Shown here piece by piece: positions 10,191 through 17,719 of a stretch of 64,000 bases of DNA. The translations under genes and the position numbers were made by a program. The stretch is from Thermodesulfobacteriota bacterium (GTDB lineage Bacteria > Desulfobacterota > Desulfobacteria > Desulfobacterales > SURF-7). Position 1 is the stretch's first letter; the number at the start of each line of letters is the position of its first letter. The notes below the pieces were generated by a model. That model ran no database searches. It had not been told where the DNA came from and saw only the letters and a list, made by a program, of their open reading frames with translations. The DNA lies in assembly GCA_049320885.1 (NCBI GenBank), contig JBMORA010000032.1:43794-107793 (forward strand), in the 5' to 3' direction.

Positions 10191-12195
10191 AGCTCGAATC
10201 TCAACCGGAGAAACCGGCGACCGCCCACCGAAGATCCGCCTTCGCGCCATTGTGCTGGGAATTCTGGCGGCCGCGCTGATCTGCCTGATCACGCCCTTTC
10301 ATAACATTTATCGCCAGGGGACCCCGCTTGGCGGCGGTCATTTCCCGCTGGCACCCTTCCTGCTGATGTTCTGGATCACCATTCTGGCGGCCGGGGTGAA
10401 AAAACTGACCCGCGGGCAGGATTGGCTCACCGGCAAGGAGTTGATGATCGTCTGGGTTCTCACGACGCTTGTCTCTGGAATTGCCTATACCGGGCTGACC
10501 CGCACTTTCTTCATCAATCTCACCGCCCCTTATTACTACGCCACCATCGAAAATCGCTGGGCGGAAATACTGCAGCCGCTGCTGCCCTCCGCCTTATATC
10601 CGCGGGAATACGCCGTCAGGCCCTTCTACGAGGGACTTGCCGGCGGTCGCGACATGGGTTGGCTCTCGATCTGCGGCCAGATCCCTTGGGAGGCTTGGCT
10701 GGCGCCCCTCCTGTTATGGGGGGGATTCATTCTGACCTGTTACGGTGTCATGATCTGCATGATCAATCTGGTGAGCCGGCAGTGGCTCCATAATGAACGG
10801 ATGAACCTTCCGCTCCTGCGGGTGCCCATGATCCTTGCGGAGGCCTTCGATAACAACCGGCTTGGAAGCCTTTTGGCCGACGGCTTTCTGATCGCCGGTC
10901 TTGCCATCGCCGCCGGCCTCCACCTGATCAACGGCCTGCATGTCTACCATCCCTCCGTTCCCCAGATCCCGACGCTGATCCTCGCCGGCGCCTATTTCCC
11001 TCCCGCCGGACTGTTCGATGGATTCCAAAAATTGACGATATATATATACCCGGCCTTCATCGGCTTCGCCTTTCTGACTTCCCGCCAGATCTCCTTTTCC
11101 TTCTGGTTCTTTTTCCTTGCCGGCAGTCTGCTGACGGGCCTCCTGCTCGTCATGGGATACAACATTCCCGCTTCGGCCCTGGGTGTCACCTTCGGACCGA
11201 CCCTCACCCGGCCGGAGGAAACCCAGATGATCGGCGCCTATTTCATTTTCTTCCTGTTTCTGGTCTGGCTGGGACGCCATCATTTTACAGAAATCGTTTC
11301 CGATGCATTGCATTTCAAGACGCCGGGGCCCTCCCGCACCGAATGGTTTCCCACCAGCCTGTCCTTCTGGGGGTTGCTCACAGGTCTCGGCGTCATCGTG
11401 CTCTGGTTCTGCTGGTTCGGCCTGAGCCTGTGGTTGTCGCTGATGGTGGTCGGTGTTTTTTTCATGGTCATGCTGGTGGCCACCCGGGTGGTCTGCCAGG
11501 GCGGTGTGGCCTATTATACGCTGACAACCTCGCCCCTCGACGGACTCACGGCCTTCGGGGGCCCCCGGATGTTCAGCCATGCCGGCATTCTGATGGCCGC
11601 CGTAACCCAGAAAGTGCTGTTCGTGGACCTGCGGGAATCCCTGATGCCTTCGTTACTGCATGCCGGGGAAGTCACCCACCGGGAAAAAAACCGCCATATC
11701 CTGCTGGCTGGCATCGCCCTCACCCTGATCGTCGGGGTCGCGGTATCCTTCCTTGCCATGCTGGCCCTGTGCTACAAATTCGGCGCCCGGGAGCTGGAAC
11801 TCGAATGGGCCACCCGCACCACGCTCACCGTATATGAAACCATCAAAACCGCCGTGGAATCCCCGGACCGGACCGGCGACTGGGTGCCTTTTTTCACCAG
11901 CCTGGGCGCGGGTATCATGCTGCTCCTGGTGATCTGCTATCACCGGGCCTACTGGTGGCCCATTCATCCCATCGGATATCTGACGGCTTACAGTTCCGCC
12001 ATGCGCATTCTCTGGTTCAGTTTTTTCGTGGGCTGGTTGTGCAATTCGCTCTGCCTGCGCTATGGCGGCATCCGGTTGTTCAAACGCCTCAGCCTGTTTT
12101 TCGTCGGCCTCATCATCGGAGATTTTCTGATGGCCGGAATCTGGGCCGTGGTCGGCCTGGTGAGCGGCGGCAGCTACGCGGTCCTGCCCACCTGA
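10183..12195 (+). CDS. Polytopic membrane protein, DUF6785/DUF6784-like
   Basis: About 670 aa with many TM segments. RQWLHNERMNLPL, WWPIHPIGY and RYGGIRLFKRLSLFFVGLIIGDF resemble this family. Overlaps the upstream stop. Confidence 0.7.
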   Translation: MTEARISTGETGDRPPKIRLRAIVLGILAAALICLITPFHNIYRQGTPLGGGHFPLAPFLLMFWITILAAGVKKLTRGQDWLTGKELMIVWVLTTLVSGIAYTGLTRTFFINLTAPYYYATIENRWAEILQPLLPSALYPREYAVRPFYEGLAGGRDMGWLSICGQIPWEAWLAPLLLWGGFILTCYGVMICMINLVSRQWLHNERMNLPLLRVPMILAEAFDNNRLGSLLADGFLIAGLAIAAGLHLINGLHVYHPSVPQIPTLILAGAYFPPAGLFDGFQKLTIYIYPAFIGFAFLTSRQISFSFWFFFLAGSLLTGLLLVMGYNIPASALGVTFGPTLTRPEETQMIGAYFIFFLFLVWLGRHHFTEIVSDALHFKTPGPSRTEWFPTSLSFWGLLTGLGVIVLWFCWFGLSLWLSLMVVGVFFMVMLVATRVVCQGGVAYYTLTTSPLDGLTAFGGPRMFSHAGILMAAVTQKVLFVDLRESLMPSLLHAGEVTHREKNRHILLAGIALTLIVGVAVSFLAMLALCYKFGARELELEWATRTTLTVYETIKTAVESPDRTGDWVPFFTSLGAGIMLLLVICYHRAYWWPIHPIGYLTAYSSAMRILWFSFFVGWLCNSLCLRYGGIRLFKRLSLFFVGLIIGDFLMAGIWAVVGLVSGGSYAVLPT

Positions 12196-12199
12196 AAAA

Positions 12200-12432
12200 C
12201 AATTACGAATTAGGAATTACGAATTACGAATTGTGGTATTCTATCAATTTGGATACCATACGGATGTATATTCGGAGCCGACCTTCGTTCGTAATGGTTT
12301 TCATCGCCTTCAGCGGAAAAATCAAAATTGAAATTGACAGCATGCCTTCATTCGTAATTCCTAATTCCTAATTCGTAATTGAAATTGACAGCATACCTTC
12401 ATTCCTAATTCGTAATTCGTAATTCGTAATTG
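12200..12432. repeat. AT-rich palindromic element: one 51-bp arm and two tandem inverted 51-bp arms built from AATTACG/AATTAGG heptamers
   Basis: Left arm 12200-12250. Right arms 12331-12381 and 12382-12432 are 47/51 identical to each other. The reverse complement of the left arm matches the first right arm at 44/51. Confidence 0.9.
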
Positions 12433-12437
12433 CTTTT

Positions 12438-14393
12438 ATGGATCGTGAGTTAAAAGAATACCGCGACCTCCTGACGGTTCCGGACCGCTTCGAGGAGGGC
12501 TTTGACTGGAAAACCGTCATCGGCGCGGTCTTCATCGGTTTTCTGATGATGCCCGGAAGCATGTACCTGCAGCTGATGATCGGTACCGGCATCGGCCCGG
12601 CGGCCCGCTGGGTCACCATTATCCTGTTCGCCGAAATCGCCAAGCGCGCCTATACGGAAATCAAGCGCCAGGAAATATTCCTGCTGTATTACATGGCCGG
12701 TGCGGCCATGGCCTCGCCCTTCCAGGGACTTTTGTGGAGCCAATACCTCGTGCAATCGGACGCGGCCCGCATGCTCGGCCTTGCGGAATTCATTCCGGCA
12801 TGGGTGGCCCCCCCGCCGGAAACCGCCTCCCTCCTGGAGCGAACCTTTTTTCACCGCGACTGGCTGATTCCGATCCTGCTGCTGGTGGGTTCCCAGCTGA
12901 TTCAACGCATTGATCATTTCGGGCTCGGCTATGCGCTGTACCGGCTCACTTCGGATGTGGAAAAACTGCCCTTTCCCATGGCTCCGGTGGGAGCCCTCGG
13001 CACCATGGCCCTGGCGGAATCCACTGAAGAAAAGGAAACCGGCTGGAAATGGCGGGTGTTTTCCATCGGCGGCGTGATCGGCCTGGCCTTCGGCGGAATC
13101 TATGTCCTGCTGCCGGCGGTTTCCGGACTGCTGTTGATCGAACCCATTCGTCTGATTCCCCTTCCCTGGGTGGAATTGACCCGCTACACCGAGGGCCTGC
13201 TGCCGGCGGTGGCCACCGGGATCCAACTCGACCTGGGGCTGGTGTTCATCGGAATGGTGCTCCCCTTTTGGGCGGTCATCGGAGGATTGGCAGGGCTTTT
13301 CATCACCATCCTTCTGAATCCCATTCTCCACCATCACGGCATCTTGCGCAGATGGCACGAGGGCATGGGGACCGTGGACACAGTCTTCGCCAACAATTTC
13401 GACTTTTACATGAGTTTCGGAATCGGCCTGGGCCTGGCCATCGCCTTCGTCGGCGTCTTTTATGTGGTGAAATCCTTTCGGCAGGATCCGGGCGCTCCAA
13501 GGGGTTCCCTGAAAGACCTGCTGAAAACGCATCCCGGACGCGGCGATATCAGCATCTGGATCTCCCTTGCCATCTATCTGCTATCCACTCTCGCCTATAT
13601 CGCCCTTTGCCGTCTGCTGGTGCCGAATTTCCCCTGGATTTTTTTCCTGGCCTACGGTTTCATCTATACGCCTGTTCTGTCCTATATCACGGCCCGAATG
13701 GAAGGCATCGCCGGACAATTCGTCAGCCTGCCCATGGTGCGGGAAATCAGCTTTATCGCCGGCGCCAAATATTTCGGTTACCAGGGCATTGAAATCTGGT
13801 ATGCCCCCATTCCCATCCACAATTACGGCGAGGCGACGGTCCACTTCCGTCAGATCGAACTCACCGGAACCAGCATCCGCGGCATCATCAAGGCCGAACT
13901 GGTGGTTTTTCCGGTGGTGATTATCGCCGGCCTCCTGTTCTCCCAGTTTATCTGGCGGCTGGCGCCGATTCCTTCCGCGGCCTATCCCTATGCCCAGGAG
14001 TTGTGGCATTTGCAGGCCCTGAACTCGCTGTTGATGCAGACCTCGACCCTGGAAGGCAATTCCTTGTTTCTGCAATCCCTGACCGGCAACTATGTCCTGG
14101 CCGGGCTGGGATTCGGCCTGCTGGCCTACCTCCTGTTGAACCTGATGGGCCTTCCCGTGCTGCTGATCTACGGGATTATCCGGGGCCTGGGGCAGACCAC
14201 CCCCCACGGCATGCTGCTCGAAGTCGTCGGCGCCTTTCTGGGGCGCTTCTTTTTCCTGAAACGGTACGGCGCCATGTGGCGGCAATACGCGCCGGTTCTG
14301 CTGGCGGGTTTCTCCTGCGGCATGGGACTCAGCGGCATGTTCGCCATGGGATTCGCCTTGATCGTCAAATCCCTGACCCGCATGGCCTATTGA
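12438..14393 (+). CDS. OPT-like (peptide transporter-like) polytopic membrane protein
   Basis: 651 aa, highly hydrophobic. EKLPFPMAPVGA resembles the OPT-family LPFP motif. Confidence 0.65.
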   Translation: MDRELKEYRDLLTVPDRFEEGFDWKTVIGAVFIGFLMMPGSMYLQLMIGTGIGPAARWVTIILFAEIAKRAYTEIKRQEIFLLYYMAGAAMASPFQGLLWSQYLVQSDAARMLGLAEFIPAWVAPPPETASLLERTFFHRDWLIPILLLVGSQLIQRIDHFGLGYALYRLTSDVEKLPFPMAPVGALGTMALAESTEEKETGWKWRVFSIGGVIGLAFGGIYVLLPAVSGLLLIEPIRLIPLPWVELTRYTEGLLPAVATGIQLDLGLVFIGMVLPFWAVIGGLAGLFITILLNPILHHHGILRRWHEGMGTVDTVFANNFDFYMSFGIGLGLAIAFVGVFYVVKSFRQDPGAPRGSLKDLLKTHPGRGDISIWISLAIYLLSTLAYIALCRLLVPNFPWIFFLAYGFIYTPVLSYITARMEGIAGQFVSLPMVREISFIAGAKYFGYQGIEIWYAPIPIHNYGEATVHFRQIELTGTSIRGIIKAELVVFPVVIIAGLLFSQFIWRLAPIPSAAYPYAQELWHLQALNSLLMQTSTLEGNSLFLQSLTGNYVLAGLGFGLLAYLLLNLMGLPVLLIYGIIRGLGQTTPHGMLLEVVGAFLGRFFFLKRYGAMWRQYAPVLLAGFSCGMGLSGMFAMGFALIVKSLTRMAY

Positions 14394-14430
14394 AAAACAG
14401 TCACAACCGACCCATCGGAGACAACCGAAG

Positions 14431-15036
14431 ATGAAAACAACCCTGCCGGTCATCCCGCTTTTCCTCATCCTGATCGCCGTCACCGGTGATTGTCAGGATA
14501 TCCCCCGCCAGGTTGGCGGCTTTATCCTGGGAACCGACATCCGCCAGTACCGGAACCGCCTCCGGGAAACCACCGCCATGCCCGTTCGTTATAAGGCCTA
14601 TCTCGTGGAAATCGAAATCCGTCCGGATGCCTATTTTAAAAGCGGCCTGATCGCCTATGGAACCTGCGACCAATCCGAAAAAATCCTTCGCATCCGGCTG
14701 AAATACCGGGACGGCAGCCGGACGTTTTACGAGCAGCTGCTGGAACGCCTGAAAAAACGTTTCGGGGAGCCGGTTGAATGGCGGGGCGACCCGTTTCAAA
14801 CCGTCCTGGCCTGGAAATGGTCCTTCATCGACCGGCAACAAAACGCCGTCAGCCTGACCTTGCAGCACAATACCAAGGACAAGGAACAAAAACTGGGCAA
14901 TTCCATCAAATTGACCCTGACCAGTCAGATTCGGAAAGAACAGGCCTGCCATCAGGCGCGGGCAGCGACACCCGTGGACCCGCCCATCCCTTCCATCTCC
15001 GGTCCTGTTGATTGGCGGCTGCTCATTCCGGAATGA
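14431..15036 (+). CDS. Hypothetical exported protein
   Basis: 201-aa ORF inside the operon with an N-terminal hydrophobic signal-like segment. ATGA overlap with the next gene. Confidence 0.7.
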   Translation: MKTTLPVIPLFLILIAVTGDCQDIPRQVGGFILGTDIRQYRNRLRETTAMPVRYKAYLVEIEIRPDAYFKSGLIAYGTCDQSEKILRIRLKYRDGSRTFYEQLLERLKKRFGEPVEWRGDPFQTVLAWKWSFIDRQQNAVSLTLQHNTKDKEQKLGNSIKLTLTSQIRKEQACHQARAATPVDPPIPSISGPVDWRLLIPE

Positions 15037-15932
15037 ACACAACACATTCCGACTGGCTTGAAACCGCCTGGAACGGCATCCGTTTCCGCAGGCCGCCCCA
15101 CTGGGAAATCACCCGCATCGGCAACCAGGACCTTCTGCTCGCGGATGAGGAAGGCCCGGTCCTGGAAATCAAATGGGGGCCGGCAAGCGGAACTTTTTCC
15201 CATGACGCCCTGTTGAAGCGGCTTGCCCTGAAACATCGGCTTCATGGGCCACCCGGTTTTTCGGCGATTCCGGTCCCCGAAGAATGGGTGCAGGGGCTCC
15301 GACGGTTTCGTCTGTCCGGCTTCGAATGGCGCGACGGGACCACCGGCGGCCGGGGGGTGATTTTTGATTGCCCCCGCTGCTCCAAGGCAGGCCTGATTCA
15401 GTTCATTCATCGGCCCAACCGGAACCATTTCCCGGATATTTCCTCCAATGGGATTTCCACGACCCTGCTGGCCTCTTTCCGCGATCATTCCGAAGACGGC
15501 CGGAACCTGTTTGCCTTGTACGACATCCGGCTTGTCGTGCCGGAAGCCTTCCGACTGCACAGCTACCGTTTTACCGCCGGGGCTTTCGAATTGCACTTCC
15601 GGCACCGGCGGATATCCCTGACCTTCTATCGCTGGGGACTGGCCGGTTTGCGGCTGGCGGGCAACGATCTGGCGCTTTTCGGCAGGAAGATTTTCGCCGT
15701 TACAAACCCCGTGACCCAGGAAAACCGGTCCGCAACGGAAGAATCCGTTGAATGGCGACTCGCCGCCCCACCCTGGTGGTCACGCCTGATTTCCAAGGCT
15801 CCCTTTCAGCAATGCCGCTTGCGGTACATTGAATCCCGGGATCGCATCCTCGGCGTCCGTATCACCGGGAAACAACCCATAAACGACGGGATTTTCAGGC
15901 AACTCACCCAGGATTTTACCCTTGTTCCGTAA
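15033..15932 (+). CDS. Hypothetical protein
   Basis: ATG 15033 overlaps the upstream TGA. Contains a CPRC motif and overlaps the next gene. Confidence 0.65.
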   Translation: MNTTHSDWLETAWNGIRFRRPPHWEITRIGNQDLLLADEEGPVLEIKWGPASGTFSHDALLKRLALKHRLHGPPGFSAIPVPEEWVQGLRRFRLSGFEWRDGTTGGRGVIFDCPRCSKAGLIQFIHRPNRNHFPDISSNGISTTLLASFRDHSEDGRNLFALYDIRLVVPEAFRLHSYRFTAGAFELHFRHRRISLTFYRWGLAGLRLAGNDLALFGRKIFAVTNPVTQENRSATEESVEWRLAAPPWWSRLISKAPFQQCRLRYIESRDRILGVRITGKQPINDGIFRQLTQDFTLVP

Positions 15933-16311
15933 AACCCAACCACCCCCGATAACGCACCGCCAGGCCCTGGAGTGCCGACCGATCCGCAACGCGGAAGTCG
16001 TCACTTCGCACCTGGAATCGGGCGCGGCCCTGCTGACGTATCCCGTTCGCCCAAAGCCCTGGCTCGCGGCCCTGGTGCGGTTGGGGGCGCGCCTGTCGCG
16101 GGACAGGTCCGGAGGAGGGAACCGGTCCGGAAAACTGGAGCTGGATGGATTGGGGACAGCGGTATGGGACATGGTGGACGGACGCCGATCGGTCCGGGAA
16201 ATCGTGGAGCAATTCACCCGGCAGCAACGCCTGCATCCCCGCGAGGCGGAAATCGCTGTCACCCGTTTTCTGCGGGAACTGGGCAGACGCGGCATTATCG
16301 GGCTCGGCTGA
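15922..16311 (+). CDS. PqqD-family / RiPP recognition element (RRE)-like protein
   Basis: KLELDGLGTAVWDMVDGRRSVREIVEQF...AVTRFLRELGRRGII matches the PqqD winged-helix pattern. TTG start. Confidence 0.8.
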   Translation: MFRKTQPPPITHRQALECRPIRNAEVVTSHLESGAALLTYPVRPKPWLAALVRLGARLSRDRSGGGNRSGKLELDGLGTAVWDMVDGRRSVREIVEQFTRQQRLHPREAEIAVTRFLRELGRRGIIGLG

Positions 16312-16323
16312 CGGATCAGCCCC

Positions 16324-16674
16324 TCACGGCGACACCAGTTTCCCGAAAGCCAGGATGCCATCATCGACGGAACCGGTGATGGGCAGAAAGGTGTCAAAAC
16401 CCGAAATCTCGAACACTTCCTTCACATAATCCTGCATGGAGCAGAGAACCAGTCCCCCGTTCCTGCGCTTCAAATCCTTGGCGGCTTTTAAAATCACCCG
16501 CAGCCCCGCGCTGGAGATATAATCCAGCCCACCGAAATCGATGGCCACTTTTTTTTCGCCGGATTCGATGGCGCCGAAAACAGCCGCCTCGAAATCCGCG
16601 GATGAGTTGGAATCCAAGCGCCCGGCTATCTGAAAAATGACGATGTCCCCCCGCCTGGTCTGAGTGATCTCCAT
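16324..16674 (-). CDS. STAS-domain anti-sigma factor antagonist (RsbV/SpoIIAA-like)
   Basis: GRLDSNS, LDYISSAGLRVIL (phosphoacceptor Ser) and VKEVFEISGF. Confidence 0.9.
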   Translation of the reverse strand: MEITQTRRGDIVIFQIAGRLDSNSSADFEAAVFGAIESGEKKVAIDFGGLDYISSAGLRVILKAAKDLKRRNGGLVLCSMQDYVKEVFEISGFDTFLPITGSVDDGILAFGKLVSP

Positions 16675-16694
16675 TTTCTCTCCTTACTTACCGG

Positions 16695-17183
16695 TCAATC
16701 CGTTTCCTCATTTGCTTTTCGTCCTGTTCGGGTCGCATTCTGTTTGGTCCCTTTTCCGGCGCATTCCGCCAGAAGGGATTTTTTCATTTCCAGGATATTG
16801 GTATCCCGGCAACGCCGATAATGCAGATGGTCCATCATGTGCTTCACCAGATGAAGCCCCATGCCGCCGATGGACCTTTCCGTCAAACCACAGCTCACAT
16901 CCGGCGCTTCGCAACTCAGGGGGTTGAAGGGGATCCCATTGTCCTCGATTTTGATGGCCAGGTCGTCCCCTGAGCGGGACAGAGAGAAACGAACGGTTTT
17001 CTCCCCGCAATTTCCACAGCCATGGGAGATGATATTGGTAAAGAGTTCATCCAGGACCAGGTTGATCATCCATACCGCTTTGGGCGGCAACCCCGCCCGC
17101 CGGCCGAAACCGTGGAGCCTGCGTCTCAGACGCTCCAGTTCGTTCAATCGGCAATGTAAAGTGAATGTCCTGGAATAGTTCAT
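16695..17183 (-). CDS. Anti-sigma factor / Ser kinase (RsbW-like HATPase_c)
   Basis: LVLDELFTNIISHG, IEDNGIPFNP and GGMGLHLV. Start chosen at the ATG after AAGGGA. Confidence 0.85.
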   Translation of the reverse strand: MNYSRTFTLHCRLNELERLRRRLHGFGRRAGLPPKAVWMINLVLDELFTNIISHGCGNCGEKTVRFSLSRSGDDLAIKIEDNGIPFNPLSCEAPDVSCGLTERSIGGMGLHLVKHMMDHLHYRRCRDTNILEMKKSLLAECAGKGTKQNATRTGRKANEETD

Positions 17184-17191
17184 ATTTTCCC

Positions 17192-17719
17192 TTACACGAG
17201 AATCGCCCCCATGCGGCCGATGCATTTCTCGCAGGCGTCGCCATGCTCCACCAGAAACCGCTCTTCCCAGGCCCGGATGCGATCGATCATCGCCTGGAGA
17301 ACCTTCGGTTTCAATTCAGGAAACTGTTCCATCGCCAGGGTGAATTTTTCCCTGGTGATGATGAGGCACACCAGTTCCGACGTCGCTTTCAAGGTATACA
17401 GCTGCCTAAGTTTTCCCAATAACGCCAGTCCTCCCAGAAAAACCCCCGGACCGTATTCACGCACCTGTTTTTCCTTTCCGTCCACAGCCCGAAATATCCC
17501 CGCCTTTCCCGTAACGATATACATCCCCCGGTCGATATCCTCGTATTCATGAAACAGGACATCCCCTTCCCGGTATGCTTCCCGATTGCACAGATAGGCG
17601 AACACCTTGATCATCTCCATCGGCATTTGGGCGAAAAAGTTAATCTCCCGCAGAACACCCAGGTTCTCCTGGAATTCACAGGCTTCGCAAACATCATTTG
17701 TTACCGTGTACGAGTTCAT
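17192..17719 (-). CDS. Cyclic nucleotide-binding domain protein
   Basis: LREINFFAQM...YREGDVLFHE...MYIVTGKA...GPGVFLGGLALL...YTLKA fits a cNMP/CAP effector domain. No HTH. Confidence 0.8.
   Translation of the reverse strand: MNSYTVTNDVCEACEFQENLGVLREINFFAQMPMEMIKVFAYLCNREAYREGDVLFHEYEDIDRGMYIVTGKAGIFRAVDGKEKQVREYGPGVFLGGLALLGKLRQLYTLKATSELVCLIITREKFTLAMEQFPELKPKVLQAMIDRIRAWEERFLVEHGDACEKCIGRMGAILV

Noticed and set aside
12200..12432. Possible CRISPR array
   Set aside because: The repeats are contiguous heptamers and inverted arms with no unique spacers, and there are no cas genes.
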